A stretch of DNA of 60,608 bases, from positions 1 to 60,608 of the forward strand of contig JAUCBJ010001688.1 of the NCBI GenBank assembly GCA_032718475.1, read 5' to 3'. Shown piece by piece: positions 23,949 to 34,816 of the stretch (its first letter is position 1; the number at the start of each line of letters is the position of its first letter). This DNA is from Nemertoderma westbladi. Its lineage: Eukaryota; Animalia; Xenacoelomorpha. Below the pieces are notes generated by a model. It was not told the DNA's origin and did no database searches. It was given only the letters and a program-made list of their open reading frames with translations. Both the position numbers and the translations under genes were made by a program.

Positions 23949-24605
23949 TTAGGAGTTTACAAATAGATTTCCACGTACCTGTACACCGTAGTAAGGACAG
24001 CGGTAGAATTCCATTGTCTTTATATGTGAACATTGAGGGTAGTACCCTTATGTGTCACATAGGAGCGGGATTTGTAGGTATAAGAAATGGAATTCTACTT
24101 GGAACTCACAATATTGAGACATTTTCGAAATTTTAGACAATCCATTTGGATTTGAAAAATTTTAAAATTTTCTCCAGTGAATAGATTTCAGGGTACAGTC
24201 GGGTGGAACTTAAAATTAGAGAAACAAGAGAGGAAGACTTGCGAGCCTTTCTTAAAATTTTAATTAAATTTTACACGGTCTTGTTTCAATAAGTTACGTC
24301 AAAATAGACTCCCCTATATTTATTACTAATTCTTGACTGCTTATTTTCTGATAATAGTTTGGGATCAAAAGGTGAGTATTTTAGACTCACGGCCAGTTTA
24401 GCCCAAATTCGTTTTTACTTCGGCAAAAATTTTAGATAAGAAGCAGCGTGTCATTAAAGAAACCCTAGATCTTAGGCTATGGGTAGGAGGTTAGAGCGTT
24501 GTCGAAGCCCAAAGGGCAGACGAAACTCTCACGTCTCCTCACAACTAACTACAAACTCTGTTGTATTCCCTCTAGTAGTAATGATTATGTAACTACACCC
24601 TAATT

Positions 24606-25817
24606 ATGGAGAAAGGGATACAAGGAGAGCCGAGATGGGGATATGATATCCAAGAGGAGGCAGCAGCGCCATTCGAAAGATTTGGAGCCAAGGATTACAC
24701 TATATTTGGTATAAAAGAATTATCGGAAAGTACAGCGAAACTCGCGAGAACTAAATATGACTCGAATGTATTAAAGAGAAGGCAAAACGCATTAAACGAA
24801 AGAATCGAAAGTTTGCGCCAAACCTTCAACGAACTTTACCCGTACGATGCTTTGTGTGATACGGGAGACATTAGCGAAGACCCCGATACTGAAATTAGTC
24901 GTTTGTATCATACCATGCAATACCTAAAGGCGCACGAACCTATGCCCGCGGTACGCGATGAATTCGATGGAATGCATCTTTACAGACGAACTCGAGGGGA
25001 CGATAGAGAAACCAAGGAAGCATTTTCAGTTTATAAACTTTATTATCAATGCGGTTCTTGTATGCGCGAACAACGAAATGCGATTCCGATGCGTTTGAAT
25101 AAGGAAAATCCCGAACCGATATTGGCGAGGTGTTCGAATCATCAACAACTACGCTACCAGGAAGGAGGGTATCCTTTATCAAATCCATATCATTCATTTG
25201 CTATGACCGGACCAAAGGCGGGAGAAACTGTCATTTACCCACCTAAGGTTGTTGAACCCGATGTATTTGAACTTACGCTGGACGAGGCGAATCAGTCAAC
25301 CCGCGAAAAGAAAGAAGCTCTTAGCCTATACAGAGCCTACAAGGCTTTCGAGAAAGGTGAGATGGAAGAATGGGGTGGAAGACTCGCGAGCCTACCTTGC
25401 CATTGGACGTCACACGATCAAACTTCAGCTAAGGAGATGACACCGGAAGTTTTCGAGAGCATAAACTTTGCTCAAAACGTTATTCAGAGACTACAGATTG
25501 CATCCCCGGAGAGGCCAAGAGAAATACAACCGTATAGTACTTCAGCTACGAAACCATTGAGTACGACACTCAATTTCCCTATTAGTATACCAGTCCGACA
25601 GGATACGACGTACGAAATACCCATCGTGGATCATCCAGAAATCATTTCAAACTTGGAGTTTCTTCCTGCAGTTGTTTTCAGCGATATGAGTAAGATATAT
25701 GATTTACGTAGACATATTACTCAAAAGGTCGTGAACAACGTTCCACCTCATATCCAAGATTTTAAGGAACTGGATAACTGGAACCGATATAGTAAAGAAG
25801 ATGGACCAAGCTTGTAA
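24606..25817 (+). CDS. Extra ORF3, N-terminal part (unknown; CxxC...CxxH motif)
   Basis: 403-aa ORF overlapping the next ORF; comparison with the 51668 homolog suggests both form one ~1100-aa protein broken by a single extra base near 25812. Confidence 0.7.
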   Translation: MEKGIQGEPRWGYDIQEEAAAPFERFGAKDYTIFGIKELSESTAKLARTKYDSNVLKRRQNALNERIESLRQTFNELYPYDALCDTGDISEDPDTEISRLYHTMQYLKAHEPMPAVRDEFDGMHLYRRTRGDDRETKEAFSVYKLYYQCGSCMREQRNAIPMRLNKENPEPILARCSNHQQLRYQEGGYPLSNPYHSFAMTGPKAGETVIYPPKVVEPDVFELTLDEANQSTREKKEALSLYRAYKAFEKGEMEEWGGRLASLPCHWTSHDQTSAKEMTPEVFESINFAQNVIQRLQIASPERPREIQPYSTSATKPLSTTLNFPISIPVRQDTTYEIPIVDHPEIISNLEFLPAVVFSDMSKIYDLRRHITQKVVNNVPPHIQDFKELDNWNRYSKEDGPSL

Positions 25818-27948
25818 TATTGACGCTAGAATGTTACCGAAGATGGTAAGAAACATGATTTTAGATAAAACTGTTGTAAAGGTTGGATCAGGAGTAAGGG
25901 AGGATTTAATTAGCGACTTCGCCGGCATGACGGACAGCGATGACCGACTACCGACACCATACGTCGACACTCGACCTCTTATTCTGTGGTCTATAGAACA
26001 GGGATATTTTCGTGAGTATAATACTCAGAAGACTGGAACTGGATACATTTCCTACCTGTTATTCAATTGGGATTATAAGGAAGGTAAAAGAAACAAGTAT
26101 ATTGAAACTTATGGAGAAGGTGATACTCCAGATATGAGTGAGTTTGAATCACAACTTAAATGGAGAGGATGCGTGTATTGGGCTATTACGTCACCTCCAA
26201 GAGCGGTCTTACAATATTATTTAGCGATAGAGTCGTCAGTGAATGTTTGCCTAATCGCCGACATTGTGTCTCGGACTCTCAAAAGACATCCACTTTGTCT
26301 CGGAGAAGATCATACGTTCTACATGGAAGGGAGAATTCGTACCGACGTGTTTAGACGATTCCTTGAACCCTTCTACAACTCCGACGCTCAGTGTAATGCC
26401 TTTACTCGAGCAGGATTTAGTATATTTCGAGACGTGTATCTTCGCTGTGCGGGATCTCTTATCGAAAGACCATCTATGTTTACATTGTTACCCTATGAAG
26501 GAGAACGTATTGTGGAAATTACGGATGAATCACGGCAGACGCGCGCGCCTATCGGTCACCTCGGTGATGATTTCAACGTAACTACTACGATCACTGACGA
26601 TCCTTTAGAGGAACTTCTTGAGATCGAAAGGAACCTCCCGAAGAAATCTCAGACGGAGATTCGACAACTTGAAGCAACAGATGCTATAGTTTGCCTACAA
26701 CCTTCAGAAACCTACCAACCCATAGACCCAGATGATTACGATTATAGTATGGGAGGAAGCGCTCGACCGATTGGAGATCTTATATACGAACGAGTGTGGT
26801 ACCCTGCTAATACGATGTGTAGTAAATGTGGCGTCGCTGGACATCATATGGCAAAGTGCAGTGGAAAGCACATTACTACGACTCAGCTAATCTGTGGATG
26901 GTGTGGGGATCAAGGGTCTCATACCTTTTATACTTGCTGGAGATTTATGGCTCAATGTACTTACTGCAATATAAAGGGACATCGAGCATCTGAATGCCAA
27001 CTGAGAGACATACCTTATGAACACGAATCTGTAAAACTCGTGAGGAAGTTATTTGATGAGTGGGAAGATTTGGCCGACGAACATGTATCGGCACAAAGAA
27101 GACGGTTTCCGATGAGAGCGCATCTCGGATTTTGGGCGGTAAATCCTCAAACGATGATGTCGGAAGGATATATCTCCGCTATGCCCCAGTATGACGAACT
27201 TATCGAGGTTGTCGATATTTTGCCCCACGACAGCGGATTTCGAGTGGTGCGCGAGTATCTGTTACAGATTCACCCAGATAACAAAAACACGTGGAATTTT
27301 CAGAAAGTCGTAAATCGTATCACGTATGGTGAATTTGATCGTTTCCGAACCGAAAAGCGGAATAAAGGAGCTTGGTTAACCGTCGCATGGGCGTACCGAG
27401 CCGCGTTTTACCATAAACGTATACGAGCGAGCGTATTCGAGGAAGAGGAGGTCCTAGAGGCGACGAATATACCAGCCACTCCGGTTGCGCCGTCTGCACG
27501 TCACCCTCGGGAGGACGGGCAGGGTAGGATCATACGGGTCCAGAAGGTGGGCCAACAATTGAAGAAAATTATTAATGTGGAAGAACGCAAGGGAGTTGAG
27601 CCGACTATTCGAGTTACTCGGGATACGGTATCACTTCCAAGAGAACCGGTAGGAGGATCGGGACATACACCAGCTGATCAACAGGGGGCGCAAGCTACTC
27701 TTGGGTCTGCGTCGTCCGCCTTTCGCGAGTTCCCAGACGTTCTACCAACTGTAGCGACAACTGATCGGTCACGAGGAATTGGTCGAGGTTTTGGGATGCC
27801 AAATAGACGAATTTGTGAGGAAATAGTCGCACCGTCTCTTAACGTCCCAAGTAAACCAGTGACTCGCCCCATTAGTCTCATATCGCGAGCAAAGTCACCT
27901 GTGCGCAGTTTTCGAGGACGCGGCAGGGCTCGATCTACTAAGCGATAA
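25801..27948 (+). CDS. Extra ORF3, C-terminal part: DnaQ-like (WRN/EXD-type) exonuclease fold, 3 Zn knuckles, basic tail
   Basis: LPKMVRNMILDKTVVKVGSGVREDL...YVDT resembles the WRN_exo ExoII region; YYLAIE is ExoIII-like; CSKCGVAGHHMAKC, CGWCGDQGSHTFYTC, CTYCNIKGHRASEC. Confidence 0.7.
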   Translation: MDQACNIDARMLPKMVRNMILDKTVVKVGSGVREDLISDFAGMTDSDDRLPTPYVDTRPLILWSIEQGYFREYNTQKTGTGYISYLLFNWDYKEGKRNKYIETYGEGDTPDMSEFESQLKWRGCVYWAITSPPRAVLQYYLAIESSVNVCLIADIVSRTLKRHPLCLGEDHTFYMEGRIRTDVFRRFLEPFYNSDAQCNAFTRAGFSIFRDVYLRCAGSLIERPSMFTLLPYEGERIVEITDESRQTRAPIGHLGDDFNVTTTITDDPLEELLEIERNLPKKSQTEIRQLEATDAIVCLQPSETYQPIDPDDYDYSMGGSARPIGDLIYERVWYPANTMCSKCGVAGHHMAKCSGKHITTTQLICGWCGDQGSHTFYTCWRFMAQCTYCNIKGHRASECQLRDIPYEHESVKLVRKLFDEWEDLADEHVSAQRRRFPMRAHLGFWAVNPQTMMSEGYISAMPQYDELIEVVDILPHDSGFRVVREYLLQIHPDNKNTWNFQKVVNRITYGEFDRFRTEKRNKGAWLTVAWAYRAAFYHKRIRASVFEEEEVLEATNIPATPVAPSARHPREDGQGRIIRVQKVGQQLKKIINVEERKGVEPTIRVTRDTVSLPREPVGGSGHTPADQQGAQATLGSASSAFREFPDVLPTVATTDRSRGIGRGFGMPNRRICEEIVAPSLNVPSKPVTRPISLISRAKSPVRSFRGRGRARSTKR

Positions 27949-28730
27949 AAGGGAGGGCAAGGGTGGACGGAAGACTCGTGGGCCTTTCTTATGATTTGTG
28001 ATTTATTTTGAATTATATGTTTTATATTTAGAAAATTTAGTAAACTTATATTTTATATTTGTGCTTATTTCGAACTTATGCAATTTGTATTGTTCCGAAT
28101 TTATGAAATTTAGAAATAAGAACTCATATTTAGTAAACTTATATTTAGTAAGAATTTATATTTTATATTTACGTGATTATTTCGAACTTATGCAATTTAT
28201 ATTATTCTGAACTTATGCAATTTATATTGTTCCGAATATTATGCAATTTATATCTTATAAGCAGTATTTGTATTTACAGTGAAATAGAAAGTTTTATAGA
28301 TAGAAAATTTGTGCTCAGAAAGACTCATATTTGTAATTATTCCAAACTTATGCAATCTACATTTAGGTACGAAAGTATTTGTAATTACTTGAATTTATGC
28401 AATATTTGAGATGCAATAGTAGATGGAAGACTCGCGAGCCTTTCTTATTGTTTTCATTTATTTGTATTTGTAATTGTTTGAACTTATGCAATATTGAGAT
28501 GCAATAGATTTATATTGGTGAATTTAATTTAGATTTATATCGTACTTACTTAGTAAAGCCTTAAATGCGTAAAGTTTGAATTTGTAATTATTTTGTATCG
28601 AATCATTACGTAGAAAGGAAGTATTGTTTGAAATTTAATTGTAAATATGTAAGTACGCCCTAAGTATTCTATAGTTTGATTGATTATTGGTGAAAACCGT
28701 ATATTTTATGCACGATAATATCCTGTTTTC

Positions 28731-28739
28731 ATGGAGCGG
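28731..28739 (+). promoter_or_regulatory. Short polypurine tract
   Basis: ATGGAGCGG abuts the 3' LTR; the same TTTTC..GGAGCGG precedes the LTR start at 54452. Confidence 0.75.
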
Positions 28740-30670
28740 TATAGAATTATATTCCCTAAATGCCGTGGATTTTCAAAATTTTATTTTATTCGAATTAACT
28801 TTGTAAAGATTGCTTTGAGTTCTCATTAGTATTGGTTCTATCTATTGTGTATCTATCGGTCAAGTGGTTCAGTAGCTCAGTTGGTAGAGCGTTGGAAATT
28901 ATATGTGTAGTAGGTATCGAGTTCGAATCCTAGTAAGTGCGAATTATTTTTTGTGCAGAATTTCAACTCATTTAAATTAACCGCTACAAATTAATTGCAT
29001 TTGTCTGTACCAATAAGGCTGTAGTTATTTGATTGTAACCAATGTCGTGCAAGTTATATATTAGCTGGACCAATAAGCTATCTTTAAAACCTTGTTAGAA
29101 CCCATAGAACAATCGAGAATTTTCTCGATTGATTGCGGCACAAATTTAGTATATAAAGGTGCGATTTCGTTCATTAGTATACTTTATATCTCTCAATCTT
29201 ATATCTCAATCTTTCTCAGATTATCTTATCAATATTCTGTCGTGCTTAGTTTATTCTCAGATTACATTGTATTATAATTGTGTCTTCTGTAATAAAGTCA
29301 GAATATTCTCTCAGCTTTTCTGTTTTACTATGAATTCACTACGGTGAACAAACTCAGGGACAGGATGGCCGGCTAGAGATCGGGCCGCAGCAATGAACGG
29401 GAACATCACGGGAATGTAGACGAGAGACAACTCGCAATACCATTTTAGAGTTATTCGCCCATCGCCTGAAAGGTTAGACAGCGTTCGATCCTTGCTACCT
29501 AAGTATAAGACCAAAAGATCAAAAGGTAGACGTAGTGACACGCTGCAAGCCTAAAATTACATCATAGGGACTGTACTGTCTTGATTCAGGAAAACCCACA
29601 GTAGACCTTCACATTCCTACGGGGGAGAGGGAGAGCATAAGCAGATACTAGTACGCAGATAGGACGTGGGCACACCGGTACAAGGCATACACATTGGTTA
29701 GGGTGCAGCAAACTGTACGCTTAACTCTTGCTAAGTACAGGTGTGTGTGCGACTATTTGCAGTACGACGGTGTCTATTACATCAGAACTTGTAGGCTAGG
29801 GGGGTTGCTGTGTTTTCACCTGAATTGGGATTGTACCGTTCAGGCGGTAGGGCAGTTTACACTAGGCGCAAATAAATTGAGGCTATCAGGGATATACTAA
29901 CATCTACCGTGTCCCCGCCAACGCCCTAATAGGAAGTTACCCGGACTACCTGGGTGACTAAAATTCTAGATAGGAGCCAGGATAGCTATTAGTACCCGTA
30001 CGCCTACAGTAGTAAACTAACACATCTCTTCTTAGTATCAGGGACCTGGTACCTAAAATTGCCGAATTCTGGGCGTAGTATTAACCTTATGCCTGAATTT
30101 GAGTCCTGGAAATACGCAAGAGGGGAAGGAACCTTATCATTCGTGAGTATTGGACCTACAAGTTATAAAATTAGAATATTCGTAAAATGCACACCGTACC
30201 CAGTAATTATATATGTGAAGGAGCAAAACTGTTTTGACCGTTCAGAATTAACACACGCGCGTTAGAAATTATTTACACCTCGAAATATATAAAATTAACT
30301 TTGTCCGTACTGTGCTTTGCCCGCTAGTTAGACATCTCCAAATCTGCTCTATACCTAGCTAGCGTCCCTTTGCCCAACCATATAAATCACACCGCGGCAA
30401 AGTATACGAGCCCCTTAGTCCGTCAGTGAGTCAGCCTGATTTTAGGATTCGCTGCGCGGGATTTGTTTTACCGAAGTTTGTCTGCTCGTAGACTGTTTTC
30501 TGCCTCACCGGTTATAAGAGATCGATACTGCAATATATTCGCTTACTTAGGGTTTACTGTTTTGGTGAGAAGGTCGGATTTATGATTTGATTTACAAACT
30601 TTACAGTAGGATATTGCAGGTATTGTTACCGTCTCTTCCGATAGTAGGAATAGGCGTATCTCTTCAATTA
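28740..30670 (+). repeat. 3' LTR
   Basis: Direct repeat of 12360-14290. Confidence 0.97.
28864..28952 (+). ncRNA. tRNA-like Pol III unit in the 3' LTR
   Basis: Identical to 12484-12572. Confidence 0.6.
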
Positions 30671-30888
30671 GTAGGTACTGTATTGCACTATTGCGTACTG
30701 CAGACTGCAGTAGTACTGTAGTACTGGTACTGAAACTGATGTACTCGTACTGGCCTGGTACCTGGCACTGGCATCAGGCATAGCCATAACATTACTACAG
30801 CAGTACAGTACTAGCCTACAAGAACTGAAGAATAGTTACCCATTGACATTTTGCATTGCTACTTCTCTACTTGGGTTAAGCGGTAGAG

Positions 30889-31092
30889 GTGTCAAATAGG
30901 GGACCCTCCTAATCTGCTAACTTAAATCACCTGCTTGTCCTGGTATTTTGCAGGTGATAACAATATTCTTAACTCTCGTTTATTGTTTTGGTTCCTTTCA
31001 AGTTTCAATTCGCCTCTGTAACCTGCTCTTTTACTAACTGTTGCTTTAGTGATTTCAGGATTAGCAGGTTATGAGGGTCCCCTATTTGACAC
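30889..31092. mobile_element. MITE-like element with 20-bp terminal inverted repeats
   Basis: GTGTCAAATAGGGGACCCTC ... GAGGGTCCCCTATTTGACAC; interior resembles (reverse complement) the repeat unit at 45745-46035. Confidence 0.7.
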
Positions 31093-31216
31093 AAGTGCCG
31101 TCTAATTAAATTGATAATAACATATAATCATATAGGCTGATAGCAGTGATAGGTGAACTGCAACAATTCTAACAATATACTGATACGTAACAGTATTAGA
31201 TACCTGTAACTATACG

Positions 31217-33711
31217 ATGTCGAAGGACTGGAGTGCTGTTGATCTTCCGAGATCGAAACTCCTTTATACGAGGACGTTACTTAACATATTAAGAGATAAT
31301 TATGACAATGTTTCTTTGGAGCTTCCCAATGTTTCTGTCGATATGCATCCCTTGCCTTTGGGGGTGGTTACCGCGTTTAAACCTGTCGGTATTGTTGGGA
31401 AAGGACTTCATATGAAGTATTATCGCATGGATGCTAAGAAAGTTATTGATGGACAGGAAGTGACCCGCGTTGTGTACTATTGTGGTCATACAGGAATTCA
31501 GCAAACCATTGTATATGGAAGCGGCCGCAACGATCGGTACCTAAGTCTTTTTTCAAGGAAGGATAAATCTGATGAAAACGATGGGTGTAATGATGACGGG
31601 CAGGAGGATGTGCTGAAGAAAAAGCGCCATGTGCTAAGTGGGTCAGCACTTGATGCCATTGAAAATGTCTGTTCTGTTCTGGGCAATATAATTAAACCAT
31701 CAGTAGCTGCTGCGTCAATAAATGCAACATTGGGAACTGGAATGTTTAATACTTCATGTCTCTCGTCGAATGTTACTTCTCATCAAACGCCGCATTCAAA
31801 ATATAGATCCTCATACAAATATACTTATAATGAAATCCAATGAAGAAGACCCAACACGTTTTATTCGTGAATGTTCATATCTGGATTCTGTTTTTTTATA
31901 TCAGTTATATACCAATCGTCAACTTACAGAAGTTCAGCTATTTTGTTCTGGGCCCGGGGCATTTTCGCTAGGAGCTGATACCATATTTAATATTTCTCAA
32001 TGTTGCTGGGGTTTCTTTTCATCATATCGGTGTCCAATTTTCGAAGGAGATGCTGTATTAATAGGACCAGGTGGGTTGATACCATCGAAGGAAGAACTCT
32101 GCTATAGATGGATGTTGTCCCCCTTAGCCGATACAAGCTTAGCTAGAGACCTGGTGCACTATACTACAGACGGAGAACAAGCTATTGTAAATGCATTGGG
32201 TTTATTACTCCCTTTTGCAGTTCATATACGTGGTTTGGAACACTTGTTGGAAAATATTGCTGACAAGGCCCGCAAATGTGGATTAAATAAATCTGAAATT
32301 ACACGCATTAAGCAAGATGTCAACAGGGTCGTTCTTTCAGATGAAGTCGAAGCAGATTGGAATGCGCTCATGGACAACTACCTTCTAGAAAAATTGGACT
32401 GCAGAGTGATTGAGTATCTGACGAATATATTCAATGAAATCCGTGACCATTGCAACATCGGATTGTTGCATTTGCGCGATCGGCGTTTGCTCTACAATCA
32501 GCAGAGTGAGAGCATGAACAGTACTATTAAACGTTTTACAACTGGCCTACCAGTAGATGAGGCAATTCAGGCGATCAAGAAGGCATTATCATCGCAGATG
32601 GATGATGTAGTTAGAGGTTTATTGGGAGTGGGATCTAAGTACAAACTTAAGAGCTATTTACAGCAGTTTCAATTAAATGAGTCCAAATACTTCAAACTAG
32701 ATGACGAGGAACGTATGTGGTTGTATATGAAACGTATAAAGAAAATCAGTCATGAGTACCAGAAACATTTTCTAAACGAACCACTCGATTCTACAGCAAC
32801 CTCTGTTGATTTTCTTGTTGGAGATAAAGATGATGTTATACTATTAGATGTGGGTGAATCACCGACTCCTGTCCGTATAGACCAGGAAAACCAGGACTCA
32901 CTATAAGGCCCTTCATGTTCATATATACCTGTAACACCAGCTCAGGAAGTTGTTGAAAATGAACCCAATAATTCGGAGGAACATGTGTTACAAAAGTATT
33001 CTGAAGATTTGATAGACAGTGATCTGTCAGCATCACTAGTTGCTTCTATTGTAGCTTCGGGTAAAGAGTCTGTAAATCGTGTAGTCGGGATGAACAATGG
33101 CGATGTTATTGTGCGTTCTAAGCTAGGGCGTAAGGTCCATTACGTTAAAAAGCAGAAGCACGGTAAAAAAAGTTACCTTTTCATGCGTGTGTTTGGGCTA
33201 TAAAGCGAACAAGGTTTGTTCGCATGTTATTGCCGCTGGTCTGCACGCAAATTCCTTGGCCGAGATGCGAAACGCCATAAATGTTACTATAAAGAGAACA
33301 TTTTCCAAAAATATTTCGAATATTGCTTCAGTGGTCTTTGGCTCTGGTAAGAAGCCATCTGCGCATAGACGTGGAGGTAGAGCGCCACTAGTGCAGTCCG
33401 GAGGTTGCGGTAGTTCGTCTACCTCAGTCCCTGAGCTAATTCCTCGTACATCCAGCTCTGCACGTAAGTGTCACAGCTTCTCATACAACTTTAAGCAATC
33501 GGACGCAACCATTGTGAAGTGTTGGGCGATGTTGTCATTTTCAGTTGGCGGACAGATACAAACCAAACCGGGGTTCCAATATCTCCACTTTAATGAACTC
33601 TGTTGCAAGGACCTCAACGAAATTAAAATATCCTCAGCTGCTAAGGAACTTCTAACACCTGATGACTTTAAATCAATGGAAAAACACGGGATTGGAATTA
33701 TCCTCAACTGA
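31217..33711 (+). mobile_element. MULE-like transposase with SWIM finger, frameshifted
   Basis: GADTIFN, IGP, TTDGEQAIVNAL, H.R..EH, NQQSESMN and a C-terminal C...CSH SWIM-like motif across four ORFs. Confidence 0.75.
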
Positions 33712-34564
33712 ACAATCGCTGCTTCTGTTTCGCCATCGAGTGGACTATGGACTGGTTGCTAAGCTACGCTAAACTATGCTCCTATTGAACATTTCGTTAG
33801 TTTAATTCGAAAAAGTGTTATTTTTGTTATTTTGTTACTTGTTAAATTCCTTGTTGAATTGTTAAACATCATATGTGCTTATTTCGTTTTGTGCTTATAC
33901 TATACAGCCGCATATACTAACTTTGTTTTATATTATTTATCTTATATTTTTCTACCCAGAAAACACCGTCATTCAAGTTGGTTTTGTATGACTTACCCTT
34001 GCATGATTGATTGCTGTTAGTTTAAAATTTGCTGTTTAAAATTCTTTAAAATTTAAAATCAACCATTTGCTATGGAAACGCGATTTAAAATCCTGACTTC
34101 CTGAACTTTTCATTTACTTCACGCATACAGTACCACATTTCAACAAATTTGACCTAGCCGATGCTGAGATAGTGACATTTAAACATTGAGGCAGATAGAT
34201 GGCCGGATAGATGAACATTGCCGATCTGGTCCATACTAAACTGTGGGCACGGCCCACCCCCACATGACAGTCGGCCCTCGTGGCTCTCCCCACTCCCCAC
34301 ATTACAGCATTACTGAGCTCATTATGTAATATTTACTACTACTACTAGGTCGAGCGAACTCGGACAAAGTTAGAATAAACTTAAAAACCGCAAGTTAAAA
34401 GACACAAATTTCAATAAAACCGTATGTACGTTTTCTTATTATTTATGCAATGACAAAAAACCGCAAGTCTTGTTGACTTAATTAAGGCACTTACGGTCTT
34501 TTACCCTTGTAGCAGTTATGCGACATATGGTCTTTTCACATTGCATGGCAGAATTCACAGTTTT

Positions 34565-34640
34565 AAAAAAAAACAGTTGGTGTCGAACCCAGGCCATGGG
34601 TCATAAGCTACGCAATGATTAACCACTACACCGCGGAGCC
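34565..34640 (-). ncRNA. tRNA-derived Pol III/SINE-like head
   Basis: Minus strand GGCTCCGCGGTGTAGTGGTTAATCA...GGGTTCGACACC followed by a T9 run; acceptor stem not intact. Confidence 0.5.
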
Positions 34641-34728
34641 ATTATAACTCAAAATAATGGAATTGCCGTAGCATACCGTATGCCATGGAAATTGGCCAAA
34701 ATAGGTACAACATACCAATTTCGACAAC

Positions 34729-34816
34729 TTCCCGTAGCATACGGTATGCTACGGGAACTGTGCAGAATACGTACAAATACGTACACATACGCGTTAAATA
34801 CAAACCACAAAATTGT
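34729..34816 (-). repeat. Interspersed repeat related to 11795-11835 and 12143-12177
   Basis: TTCCCGTAGCATACGGTATGCTACGGGAA hairpin plus CTGTGCAGAATACGTAC match the ~12150 region in reverse orientation. Confidence 0.7.

Larger units (their letters stand above)
12360..30670 (+). mobile_element. Full-length Bel/Pao LTR retrotransposon (18,311 bp) with extra 3' ORF
   Basis: Two 1931-bp direct repeats (offset 16380), GTAGG on both flanks (12355-12359, 30671-30675), Pao-type gag/PR/RT/RH/IN order, PPT before the 3' LTR. Confidence 0.97.

Noticed and set aside
24495-24530. Hammerhead ribozyme (GACGAAAC)
   Set aside because: No CUGANGA core at the required position.
24606-27948. env gene
   Set aside because: No signal peptide or transmembrane segment visible; Zn knuckles and a nuclease-like motif instead.
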